A DNA stretch of 35,845 bases, taken from positions 1 through 35,845 of the forward strand of contig JAQGDQ010001533.1 of NCBI GenBank assembly GCA_030141605.1, written 5' to 3'. Below, piece by piece: positions 22,043 to 33,299 of the stretch; the first letter of the stretch is position 1, and every line of letters begins with the position of its first letter. The notes under the pieces were generated by a model. That model ran no database searches and had not been told where the DNA came from. It worked only from the letters and a program-made list of their open reading frames with translations. Source of the DNA: Tubiluchus corallicola. Its lineage: Eukaryota > Animalia > Priapulida. The translations under genes and the position numbers were made by a program.

Positions 22043-22963
22043 TCACGTAGAAGTTGACTGGGTTTGACTGCTTACTAAACTCAAAAAAGCCCTCCTGAAC
22101 TGTGAATTACTTGCAGCGTAGACTACGGGATTGATAGAACTATTCAGCATTCCAAAACAGAAGAAGAGCACTCGGTAACGCAATACTTTACAACAAACGA
22201 GCGTGAAAAAGGCTTCAGTAAAGACTGGTGTCCAACAGCAAATGAACACGCACGTGATGATCGCAAGTGTCTTTGTTGCACGAATCTCACACTGTTTGAT
22301 AGTTATTGGCTGCTGATGGTTCGTGTGGTACATTCTTCTGATCTGCTGCCTGATGACTTTGGCTATCTTTGTGTACATTATGATCAACAGCAGTGATGGC
22401 ACAAAGAATATCCAGATCGTACTTATCAATGTTAGCGTAAGCGATTTCGTTTGTTCGTTTTTCCAGTAGTTGAGTAATGCAAAAGTGAAACCCTTCATCA
22501 CTGCTGATACCATCCATGCAGAGGATATTAACAGTTTGATTGTTTTCTCGGTTACGTGATTGTTGTATTGCAATGGATGTACAATGGCAATGTATCTGTC
22601 CATTGCTATTGCAATAATGTGCAATACACTGACACTGGTTGTAAAAGTCTGTACAAACATGGCAACTTCAACTACAGGAAAGGCATTCACGTGAAAACCT
22701 ATGAAAAGTGCTAAAGATGCAATTCCTACCATCAAGTCTGCAACTGCCAGTGATGCAATTAAATAGTTTGTTCTTGTCCTAAGACTCTGTACTTTATAAA
22801 CGGCTGAAAGAACCAGACCGTTTCCCACACTGGATGTCACAAAAATGAAAAGTAATAAAAAGTTTGCAAAATTCTCATAATACACTCGTGAATAAATGCC
22901 TATGGCACTCTCTACTGAAATGTTTAACACAGAGATATTCTGCATCGTTAAAAGCTCACTCAT
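22043..22963 (-). CDS. Intronless class A orphan GPCR, 306 aa (GPCR4); the ATG at 22945 (MQN...) aligns with the paralog starts
   Basis: DRY, CWTP and NSSINPVVY motifs; paralog of GPCR2 and GPCR3. Confidence 0.93.
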   Translation of the reverse strand: MSELLTMQNISVLNISVESAIGIYSRVYYENFANFLLLFIFVTSSVGNGLVLSAVYKVQSLRTRTNYLIASLAVADLMVGIASLALFIGFHVNAFPVVEVAMFVQTFTTSVSVLHIIAIAMDRYIAIVHPLQYNNHVTEKTIKLLISSAWMVSAVMKGFTFALLNYWKNEQTKSLTLTLISTIWIFFVPSLLLIIMYTKIAKVIRQQIRRMYHTNHQQPITIKQCEIRATKTLAIITCVFICCWTPVFTEAFFTLVCCKVLRYRVLFFCFGMLNSSINPVVYAASNSQFRRAFLSLVSSQTQSTST

Positions 22964-23059
22964 TTAGAATTATTCCTTGCTCTTGCAAAGTTCATTTTAG
23001 GTAAGTAATGTCAATCTAAATTTGCAACTATTTTCAAATGTTGTAGATGAAAATCACCA

Positions 23060-23345
23060 TCTATATAACAGTTACACATTAACATGTCCAGTGTTGGCTG
23101 AAATCTCCATCTTTCTAACAGTTACACATTATCATATCCAGTACTGGCTGAAATCTCCATCTTTCTAACAGTTACACATTAACATATCCAGTACTGACTG
23201 AAATCTCCATCTTTCTAACAGTTACACATTAACATGTCCAGTACTGGCTGAAATCTCCATCTTTCTAACATTTACACATTATCATGTCCAGCACTGGCTG
23301 AAATCTCAGCCTTTCTAACAGTTACACATTATCATGTCTAGTACA
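23060..23345. repeat. 50-bp minisatellite, about 6 copies
   Basis: Unit TCTAACAGTTACACATTAACATGTCCAGTACTGGCTGAAATCTCCATCTT. Confidence 0.9.
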
Positions 23346-24116
23346 TTGGCAAAACATTTTGGCTCATATATCTATATGGAAATCTAATCGATGTCTCGTC
23401 TTCCTCCCAATTAAAATAGTCTGCAATCGTAGATGTCGATGACTTATGCCTCTCCACCTGAAATAACAACCACTGTTCCCTGTAACAACTGATAAACTAA
23501 CAATTGCTCTTCCAGCTTAGCAGAATCCACTCGCGTGGTGAAATTTAAAGCATCAGCACTTAAGAACACAACAGATGAGATTAACAGCGTTATTATATTT
23601 GGACACTCCTGTACTCGATGGTTTCCCAGGTATTTTCGTACAAACTCCCAACGATTAATATTTACATCAATACATGTATGTTCTGTGTCTTATTTACGAC
23701 ACAATATTTGCTGCCACTGATAGTTATTTACAATATTACAACAGGTATATTCAGCTTACAGAAGCCAATAGTTCTTTGAACTACACGTTCAACATTCACA
23801 GTTGCCACAGCTGTTCATCCTTTTGCGTCTGAATTTCCTTGGTGTTTGTCTATAGAGGACTTTGTGTATAGCATTAAATATAAGAACGGTGGGCCAAATG
23901 TTTTCTTTCTGCTAACGAAACACGTAAATTAACTTGACAACCTCATACAACCTCACGAAAATCTTGTAAATGCGTGTTCTAGCGTGTTTGGCTGTTTTGC
24001 TCATGCCGCCATGCGATCCGACACTTCAGGTAGAAAGAGCACTGTGGCTCACGCAGTGTGCTGTCAGTTGTCAGGTTTTAAGTATATTCTTGAACTGTGA
24101 AAATTTAGGGTTTTCG

Positions 24117-24313
24117 TAAGCAAACAATATTTTTTGTTTAGGATTTCATCAAGTTTTCGTATGAATTTTCGTATTTTTGTTTGTTTAAAATTACAACTAC
24201 AAATTACAACGTTAAAATTACATATGTTTGTTTTGTTTTGCACAGTGTTAAAACAATGGCTAAAATTTTTCTGAAGCAACAACGTCCACTAATTTTAGCT
24301 ACGAACTGCCACT
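24117..24313. repeat. Partial copy of the hAT-like MITE at 17353-17882
   Basis: Aligns with about 17686-17882 and ends in ACGAACTGCCACTG. Confidence 0.7.
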
Positions 24314-24718
24314 GGTTAACATGATATTTCTTACGTATATTATAGTTCTCAAAAGCGAAGAAAAAATGACATAAAAATAGCAAAAGCTCTTTGATCACAA
24401 ATAAGTGTCATTTTATTTACCTAACGCAAAAATTTTGAATTAATTATGCGGAGTTATTTGACTCAATTGCCAATAGTTTTATAGAAATTTGAATAGGCGT
24501 GGCCCCGTACTAAGCATTTTTGAGTCATTAAGCGACTGATTCTATTAACTTTGGTCTAGTAAATGTCACCTATTGTAATTACTATGATTGTTGTACGCAG
24601 TTCTTAGATACGCTCTTACTTTTTTGCTTTTATTTATTATTTATCTCTTTAGTCGATTACTGTGGGAAAATATTCGCAGAAAATGTGTGGCATGTTTAAA
24701 CCTATTATTTGTTTTTAG

Positions 24719-24861
24719 CTTGGTACCCATCAGAGATGAACTGGTACTGTGTTTAGACAATGGCTACGTACAGCGGCTACGATGGGACGGTACGCTACAC
24801 GCGGAAATGTGTTACGATTTGGGACAGGTTCCCTTCTCGATAGACCAAGAACATTCCAGGG
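24719..24861 (+). CDS. RIC1: RIC1 (RAB6A-GEF complex partner) internal exon, 143 nt
   Basis: ttttag|...|gtaatt. LVPIRDELVLCLDNGYVQRLRWDG...VPFSIDQEHSR resembles vertebrate RIC1 [24 protein letters not shown]...VPFSVDLQSSR (recalled sequence). Confidence 0.88.
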
Positions 24862-25790
24862 GTAATTATTATTCTTTTTCAGTTTTAGTTGTGCATAAAA
24901 AATTCAAAATGCAGATGAATTTTCAGACTAAGAAAAAACTTTTTGAAAGTGTGATGTCGGTACATGTATTGCAGAGCTTGCGTGTCAGTTTCAGATTTCA
25001 GATAACTAGCAATAATAATATTAATATGTTAACTTTACGACTGTTAATATTGCATCTGATAGTTAATCATCTGTGTGCTGGCATATCAAAATCGTGCAGA
25101 AGTCGGCAATTAAGTTTTCTAGTTATTCACATATCCTGAATCTCCATTTCATGAAGATCATTTTGATACCACCTTCATGGCTCTATGTTACTTCTAAGAT
25201 AGACTAAGATGTTACTTCTGAAATAATCCACGTTGAAGTTGAGGTGCAGGCTGTGCACTGAAAAACATAATCTTGAGAAAATCGCTGTTAAAGTCAGCCA
25301 TTGTTTTTTATTGCTTTTCTACAAAACACTTAGCAACAGCACAAACGTTGGTTGCTACGGACTTTGATGTAGATGGCTCTTCCTGATGAAAGTCTGGGGT
25401 TGCAACAGAAAAAAACCCAAAGCAAAATGACAGCTTCCAGGAGCTACTATTGGAGTTTGAAAATAGGAGTTTTTTTATAATTGCAGTACTAGTTTCTAGA
25501 CAGAAAAGTGTGTAAGGAGTTGTAAAATTAACGTTTTAGTGTTTTTTTGAACAATTTCTTGATAATTTGATGCTAGAATATAAAAGTCCAATATATTTAG
25601 TGTTGGTTTTTATGAAATACGAAAAATTGACATTTGACCAAATTTTTGGGTCCTTCTACTTTCAAGCATCATAACGTAATCTTAACTATGCCGACTTATG
25701 GATGGTTTTGGTATGCAAGCACAGATATAATCTTTGTACAAATGCGCACTTGTTGATTTTGAATGTTCAGATGTTTTTTCGTTTTTGCAG

Positions 25791-25924
25791 CCGAGACACT
25801 AGGTGGTTCTGGCGTGTACATCTCACAAATAGAATACTCACCACTCATGGCCGGATTTGCCGTAGTTTTGTCCGATCGGAGAGCCGGATTTCTGACGGCG
25901 CCTACACTAAAATTTGAACCTAGT
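25791..25924 (+). CDS. RIC1: RIC1 exon, 134 nt
   Basis: ttgcag|...|gtaagt; phase-compatible. VYISQIEYSPLMAGFAVVLSDRRAGFLT resembles [28 protein letters not shown]. Confidence 0.9.
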
Positions 25925-25974
25925 GTAAGTTCCCTTCTTGCTACCCGTTTCACAGAGCTTTTACCTGCTTTTAA

Positions 25975-27095
25975 AGGAAAAAACAAGTCACTCAGCTTGT
26001 TGGGTTTATTTTACTGTTATCACTTAAACTGTTTGTGGTGTGCTAAAGGAAAGGACAAGTCACTCAGTATGTTGGGTTTATTTTACTGTTATCACTTAAG
26101 CTGTTTGTGGTGTGCTAAAGGAAAGGACAAGTCACTCAGTATGTTGGGTTTATTTTACTGTTATCACTTAAGCTGTTTGTGGTGTGCTAAAGGAAAGGAC
26201 AAGTCACTCAGTATGTTGGGTTTATTTTACTGTTATCACTTAAACTTTTTGTGGTGTGCTAAAGGAAAGGACAAGTCACTCAGTACGTTGGGTTTATTTT
26301 ACTGTTATCACTTAAACTTTTTGTGGTGTGCTAAAGGAAAGGACAAGTCACTCAGCTTGTTGGGTTTATTTTACTGTTATCACTTAAGCTGTTTGTGGTG
26401 TGCTAAAGGAAAGGACAAGTCACTCAGTATGTTGGGTTTATTTTACTGTTATCACTTAAGCTGTTTGTGGTGTGCTAAAGGAAAGGACAAGTCACTCAGT
26501 ATGTTGGGTTTATTTTACTGTTATCACTTAAACTTTTTGTGGTGTGCTAAAGGAAAGGACAAGTCACTCAGTACGTTGGGTTTATTTTACTGTTATCACT
26601 TAAACTTAAAAAAATGTAACAAAGAAATTTGCAAAAAAACTACCTATACAGCTTATATTTAAAATATACTACCTCTGAATAGAAATTTCCCACCACTCAT
26701 TTCAATATCATGACGTAACTAAGAGACTTCGTGACTTTTCGTAAGCGCATCGTGGCTTTCCGTAAGCACGCGCTGCGGAAACTAATTCAAACTACTGCAA
26801 TTTGTCTAGTGTTCACGCAAAAATATTACAAAATTAGCTATCTATTTGTTTTTTGTGTAAAAACTTGTTATACTTTTGGTGAAGATTGACAGTGCGCTAT
26901 TTTTCTTCGGGACGAATGACGTCATTGGAGGAAGAGTAGGCATTCTAAATGAGATCACCCAAGCATGAAGTGATTGCGATTTTAAAATGATTGTGCTAGT
27001 TATACGAAGCAGTTATTGCAGTTTTAATACTAAATCCTTCTAATATTTCTCATGAACATTGAAATTAGTCTAACCTCCTCGAAGGCTTGGCCTTG
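25975..27095. mobile_element. Second, inverted copy of the Kolobok-like MITE; its terminus is amplified as a 72-bp x 9 tandem array (25975-26605)
   Basis: Starts TTAA|AGGAAA.ACAAGTCA. 26610-27080 aligns in reverse with 6950-7410 (e.g. GACGAATGACGTCATTGG, GAGACTTCGTGACTTT). The far end is degenerate. Confidence 0.8.
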
Positions 27096-28117
27096 CTTTT
27101 TGCTTTTTCCAGCATTTACATAATTGTGTTTTTTTTAAATGTGGTTCGTAAAGTTTGTTCTTTCAATTACTGTTATGCCAAAGAGCATTTTATATGGATT
27201 TTAGGCAATTAAATTATTATTAATCAGTTATTTATCATTAAAGAATAGATACCTTTTAAATCAATTACTTCCTGTGAGCTTTATGTTGCCTGCGTAAAGT
27301 CCTCGCGACACTGCAAAGATGGTTTAGGTCACCGATACTGGCACATCATCATCTTTAGCACCTGATCATTATGATTGTCATCATAACCGTCATCATCACC
27401 ACCATTAGCACCTGATCATTATGATTGGGCAGCGAAAGACCAGTTAGTTGGTCATCTAGTCAGCTGCCCTTTGGTTAGTCATGAACATTAACTCGTCTTC
27501 ACTTTTTACTATATTTTATTTATCAGCATTAATTGTTTATTTATCTCATAATTAAATTCTGTCCATGTTGAGCGTAGTTTTTAAGTTTATTTCTTCTACT
27601 ATGCTCATGGCACTGCCAGATAAACTCCCCATAACTCGAATCCAATCCGGCCGAAAAAAACTCTAACTTAGGCGATGTTGATCATTTTCCAGCATAGAAA
27701 CTCTAAACCCCCTTCTCCAGACGACGAGCTGAATAGAAGGCAGAAAGTCAACGCTTCTGTGCATAAACTACGAGATTTTATGAAAATTACATAAAGAATA
27801 ACAAATTATGTAGTGAAACACGATTTTTTTATGTTACGGAAGGACAACACTGTTAAACAATATGACAATAAAAAAATAATTGTGAGTGCGACTTGTAAGA
27901 CATTGGAATTTTCCGGGAAGATGATACTGTTTTTGAGTTGGGCGAGACAAATTACATGCATTTTGATTAAATGGACCATAATTTTTTATTTGAGTTAGGT
28001 GAAAATTTGAGTTATGCGATTTTGAGTTTCACAGAGTTTACTGTATTTGTAGTATTTTGTCTTTTGTAATGCTAAACGGGTAAATAAAAAAATTCAAATC
28101 TAACTTGTAACAACATG

Positions 28118-28802
28118 TTCAGAGTAGCTAATTGTCTGTTGCGAGTTTTTTTTCTGACAACAAACTCGCAGTGTGAGTTGCTTGGCGAGTTACTGTCTAC
28201 AAGTTACTGCAAACTCCTACAGTTCTTGCGAGTTGATTTCCTTCGAGTTACTGTCGACAAGTTACTTCAAACTCCTACAGTTGCTACGAGTTGATTTATT
28301 GCGAGTTACTGTCGACAGGTTACTGCAAACTCCTACATTTGTTGCGAGTTGATTTCCTGCAAGTTACTGTCGACAAGTTACCGCCAACTCCTACAGTTGT
28401 TGCGAGTTGATTTCCTTCGAGTTACTGTCGACAAGTTACTGCAAACTCCTACAGTTGTTGCGAGTTACTGTCTTGTGCGAACGCTTCAGTGAATTAGTTT
28501 CGACACTTCTCGCGGTGAAGTATAGGAGACTACTCTGTGAAAGTAAATTCGCAAGTGTGAACAGCTTTGCGAGTTCTCTCAACAAATTATTGCAAACTTT
28601 CCGAGAGTTGCTGAGAATTCTTTCACGAGTTTCTTGCAGACAAGCTCAGTTGATTGCGAGAACTCTCCGAGAGCACTCTCGACTGAAAACTCTAGTCTGA
28701 AATAACCTTAACTCGCGATAAGTATTGCTGTCTAGTCTGACAATGTGTGCGAGTTGCTTGGTGAATTTGCTTGATGAGAAAACTTGCTAGTCTGAAAGCA
28801 CC
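28118..28802. mobile_element. MITE-like element with an internal ~59-bp tandem repeat (28190-28470)
   Basis: Left end GTTCAGAGTAG, right end CTAGTCTGAAAGCACC|TTAA. Unit GAGTTACTGTCGACAAGTTACTGCAAACTCCTACAGTTGTTGCGAGTTGATTTCC, about 5 copies. Confidence 0.6.
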
Positions 28803-28908
28803 TTAACACCTGTATTGTACCTTCCACTTTTAAATTCGTCTAAATCATGTTTTTCATTCTAAATGTTAACAAAACTTTTATCTATATCTAATAAGAGTCT
28901 ATTTTTAG

Positions 28909-29000
28909 TTGATACAAGGTGTCTGGGCACAGGACCTGACGTCTGCAAAATGCGTCGCCGTCAATCACAAATACAGATTATTATCATACGGTTGTACAAA
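28909..29000 (+). CDS. RIC1: RIC1 exon, 92 nt (coding frame not in the ORF track)
   Basis: ttttag|...|gtgagt. LIQGVWAQDLTSAKCVAVNHKYRLLSYGCT resembles [29 protein letters not shown]. Confidence 0.92.
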
Positions 29001-29574
29001 GTGAGTAACGTTTATTGGAAAAGTCTTGAAAATTCAAACTTTGTTTTTATGTTACCAAAGTTAAAGGATAAGAAAGGGCCTGGTTAAAGCAAGTCTCAGA
29101 AATTTTTTGCTAAAGAATTATAACGGTTAGGGGCAATCTTAAGCGTTTATCATATTCACGTTAAAAGTATTTCTTGTTTGTTTTCATTTTAAAAACGCCC
29201 GCGAGACTGTCACGGCGGCGCCATATTAGAAGGCGTCACAGAACCACATCACAAATCTTTATAGTACACGTGCTCAGAACTCACTGCGACCGTGTCTGAG
29301 TGATGTCATGCCACTTGTTCAGTCACATGATTGCTTTTTTAATTGGCGGGCTAAATGAAACATGTCTGCGCCAACGTTTACTGCAGCGGTTGAAATATGT
29401 TACAAAAACTGGAGTAAATGCGAAACGTGAGTACTTTATTACTAAAGATTATACTTAGGTGACATAATTTTTTATTACGAATTTTCTGAAGCCTACTTTG
29501 GTTGGCCATTTTCTTGTCCATTAAATTAAAACAGGATGATTTTTCATATCCTACCTCGGTTTATACAGTGTGAA

Positions 29575-30103
29575 ATATATGCATTTTGACATCTATAATA
29601 ATGCCAAGCCATTTCTGATAGTTAACCATACGTTAGAAATTGAATTAGCAATGGGAAGACCTAACTAGCATTGACATCATAACTAACATAATTTTCAACA
29701 GCAAAAATATTCCATGAGCATGTAGCACGTGTTTGTGAAAGAGAAAATTGAAGCAGTGTTACTGTACGACATTCAGCGTCTTACACAAAAACTCGGCAAG
29801 TTTTAAGATTAAAATTCACATTTCGAATTTACTGTTGTGCTCACGCAACAACTCTGGAATGTGTGCACGACGTCACAAATGAACAATTCTAAACTGAGAA
29901 GTACAGCACCTGTTTTAGTGCAATCGTTTCCGTGATGCAGGCGCTAGTGTCCATGTAAATAGCAAAAAAAAATACTAATGAAATTTCTTTCTTTAGTAGT
30001 AATTCTTCTACATAAACCATTTTTGATAAAAACTAAGTTTCCTTTCAGTATTTTATAGGGTAAATTGTTTTGAGCTATTGTTTAAGATTCGCTCCAGTTT
30101 TCC
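29575..30103. mobile_element. Copy of the 8699-9246 repeat family, opposite orientation
   Basis: Ends TCCAGTTTTCC|TTAA; shares internal blocks with 8699-9246. Confidence 0.7.
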
Positions 30104-30199
30104 TTAATCTTCTTTACTTCTACATTTTATCGTAATCACTGGAATACGGCTTTGTTATAAGGGCACCTACTTACCGACTAAGCTACCTACTTACTGATC

Positions 30200-30604
30200 A
30201 ATAAGCCTTTTCACAGTTCCAGCAATTGATAATGATCACGAAATAGTCAAAGGTTAAATGTACCAGACAACACATTTGTGTACTCTTAGCAACGGATCGC
30301 AACCCGTGCTGTTATAATGCTAACAGTTTTAACAGCAGTTTTAATAGCTAACCAGAATCTTATCTGGGTCATTTTTCTTGTTTCGAAGCGAGATCCTGCT
30401 AGTAACTCTCTCTACTCACAAATTAATGCATAATAAGTAAGATCCATGTAAAACGACTGAAGTTACTAAACTGATACGGCAGATGACTTTCCTTTACCCA
30501 CATGTCATGTGACGGTTGTAGTTAAAACACGTTGCTGTGGTACATTTAACCTTTCACCTACAACAATTGCGTGTGCGCACAACTATACTGTGAAAAGGCT
30601 TATT
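30200..30604. mobile_element. Fold-back/MITE-like element with nested inverted repeats
   Basis: AATAAGCCTTTTCACAGT (30200-30217) pairs with ACTGTGAAAAGGCTTATT (30587-30604). AAAGGTTAAATGTACCA (30249-30265) pairs with TGGTACATTTAACCTTT (30538-30554). Confidence 0.7.
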
Positions 30605-30669
30605 TGACACGAATTTTCGATAGTAGTTTTACTTTTTTTATTAGTCATTGGTTTGTGCTTAAAGCTCCG

Positions 30670-31140
30670 TTTACTTACTTGCTTACTTGCTGCCCCCACA
30701 GGCCAGCACAGGTAGCATCCCGAACCATTGCACGCCACTACTTCAGGTCCTTCGCAGTACGACGGCAGCTCAGTGAGATTATCGGTAACTTGGTGGTAGC
30801 AGTCGAGCCCAAGAGGAGACACAATATCACGCTTGATTTGATGCCAAAAATGCTTTTGTTGACCTCCTCTGCGGCGCTTCCACGTAGCGATCGGGCGTAG
30901 TGGGTGGCAACGGGTCCGTAACAAGGCTATGCTGTCTGGGGTTTTATACCCCTTGAGGTCCAACCATGGCAGACAGGCTGCTGGCTTTGAAGGGCCACGT
31001 CCTGGCTAACCAAGGGAGCTCTGGTACCCTGTAGGCGTGATTGTCTCGTCTCCAAGGAGACCTCCAGACTTACTGGCCATCGGCATCCTAACAACTCGCC
31101 CTGGTGCTACAACCTGTTTTTGAAACCACTGCTGCACGGC
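30670..31140 (-). mobile_element. RTE-related short non-LTR element (SINE-like or internally deleted LINE)
   Basis: GC-rich island. The minus strand encodes WKRRRGGQQKHFWHQIKRD (RTE C-terminal motif) and ends in a (CAAGTAAG)n tail. Confidence 0.65.
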
Positions 31141-31498
31141 ATGAGTGACAGTTTATGATGTTTAGTAGCAAATTAAATGATGCTTATGTCCCAACATATA
31201 GAATTTTTGTAATTTTTGATTTCTCCTTCAAGATCTCATTCCGTCTTTTGTAGACATTGAGACATTACTATTCCACGCGCTTTTTTCTGCAGCTAACAGC
31301 GTAAGTTCTTCTACTCCTAAAGCGAGATTTGGTTGGTTGAAGTTGTTGAACATCTTAATTTTTCCTAGCTATGAAAGTTGTTTTCTCTGTCCAAAATGAC
31401 TGTTGTCGATAACTCGCAACAACTCATTGAAAATAACATACTTTAATGAGGAATGTCTATATTCAACATTTAATTTTTGATCAAACACTGTACTTCAA

Positions 31499-31515
31499 CT
31501 GCCCTCTAGTGGCCA
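31499..31515 (-). promoter_or_regulatory. CTCF core-motif match
   Basis: TGGCCACTAGAGGGCAG on the minus strand. Motif match only. Confidence 0.35.
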
Positions 31516-32174
31516 TCCTCAGATACTGAGGAACATTCTCTTTGTTTTGGGGCAGCTGTATAAACATATAAATTTGCTTTTGCTGTTAAGACTCTGTTGT
31601 TATTTTAAATAATGTCCTGTTGCTTCCTGTCCCCTTAAAAGGAACAATGTTTCTTTTTAAGCTTTAAAGTTTTGAACAGTTTCACATATTTCACATATAT
31701 TTTGATTCAAAATGTACAACAGAAGAGACATCTCTCATAATTAGAACAAATATGTGGAAATTGTACTTTTTTGTGTAAGCTTATTTTAATAAAATCAGAA
31801 TTAACAATAAAGCATTACCACTGCTTAGCTAAATTTTCTTCTGAGCTAACAAATTGAACTTGACACAGACAAATATATCATAATGACACGGTAGACAAAA
31901 ATGTAACAGCTATAAGTGAATTTACATAGGTAAGCTGTCGCATTTTACAAGTTACTAGAACATAGAATATCAAAGTGATCTCTTAGTTCTTCTAATTAAC
32001 TATTTGTTTCCATCAGTAAAGCTTCATTAATAAGTACAGGTAAGGCATCCGAAGCTTGTACAAGTAATCCCATTCCTTCCACAGCAGTTAAACTATGGAA
32101 GTTTGAAAAAGGCCGAAATAAAGAAAATATGTGTTATGAATATAATTGATTCTAAGGTTCTGTATGTTTTTTAG

Positions 32175-32263
32175 TTCACAGGGTGTTGTGTACACGGTTG
32201 ATGAAATCACTGGTGCTCTAGTTCTTTCGCATAAATTAGCTCTTTTAAGCAAAGATTACCCAG
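32175..32263 (+). CDS. RIC1: RIC1 exon, 89 nt (not in the ORF track)
   Basis: tttttag|...CCAG|gtacgt. SQGVVYTVDEITGALVLSHKLALLSKDYP resembles [29 protein letters not shown]. Confidence 0.92.
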
Positions 32264-32387
32264 GTACGTTCACAGCTGCAGGCATATTATTTGCTTAGTC
32301 ATCATTAGAAATTAGTTATTTAATTTTTCGTGAACGCAGGTGGACTTATGTAACTGCAATCTTGCTTTAGAATTGAACTAACTTTAG

Positions 32388-32962
32388 CCCTTTCACTACG
32401 GAAGGCGGCCATGTTTTTCATGCTAGGGACGGACGGCGATAGACTGTCGCCCATGCTCAGCATTAAGCGCATTTACCCTGGTCGGTTTATTTCACTGCTA
32501 CGGCTATGCAAGCCATTATAGAAAAGTTTAACAGCCGTGGGATTTGGGTTGCTTTGCAACAAGTAACGCTAACCAGCCAATCAGCATCTGAGACCAGGTA
32601 CATTCCACAAAACTGTACTGTATGGTATGCTCTCATGCAAAATCACTTGTAGATCATTGATGAAAAGTGCGTTTGTTTGATTGTTCTGAATTCGTATAAA
32701 ATGATTGTATGGATTAGTATTGTGTCTTTTGTGAAAACTGGTTTCTAAATATATGTACATGCTTATTCATGATTGTGTGCACATGTGTGTGTGTGTGTGC
32801 GTGCATGTATGTGTGCTCATATGTGTGTGCATATGTAGAAATAACACTGATATTTAATATTAGTACTTAATAAGTTGTTTGTTTATTTACAAAATTCTGT
32901 TTTAGTAACACACCACAAGAACTTATTGTCAAATGTGCAAAAGCAACTACGTAGTGAAAGGG
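32388..32962. mobile_element. piggyBac-like MITE
   Basis: 13-bp TIRs CCCTTTCACTACG and CGTAGTGAAAGGG, flanked by TTAG and TTAA. Confidence 0.75.
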
Positions 32963-33059
32963 TTAATGGCAGTATTATCTTTCACCTTTCATTCACTACC
33001 CCCCCCACTTTTATATATATTATCATTATTCATTATTTCAATTATTAATCATTTTTTTT

Positions 33060-33299
33060 AAGATCTCCACGTACAGTTTGGCCTGTCAAGCTATGCTTTT
33101 AGGCTCAAACTGTATGCATCAAAATTATTCTGTAATGTAATTTGCACATGTATATGCTGCATTTTGTAATTTCTCGATAATACTGCATTTATTTATATTT
33201 ATATTTATATTAACCTAAATGGATAATTATGTGTATTTTAACAATTGTAAGATGCAATGTGGAAATGAATAAACTCTTGAAACTCTTGAAACTCTTGAA
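33060..33299 (+). mobile_element. Possible non-LTR retrotransposon 3' end
   Basis: Stem-loop TACAGTTTG...CAAACTGTA, AT-rich UTR, then AATAAA followed by (ACTCTTGAA)x3 tail. Confidence 0.45.

Noticed and set aside
25378-25415. Penelope-type hammerhead (CTGATGA...GAAA)
   Set aside because: Stem II pairing is poor and there is no recognisable cleavage-site stem; at most a decayed relic.
25763-26662. 299-aa single-exon protein
   Set aside because: It is one RIC1 exon read through a canonical GTAAGT donor into a MITE-derived array.
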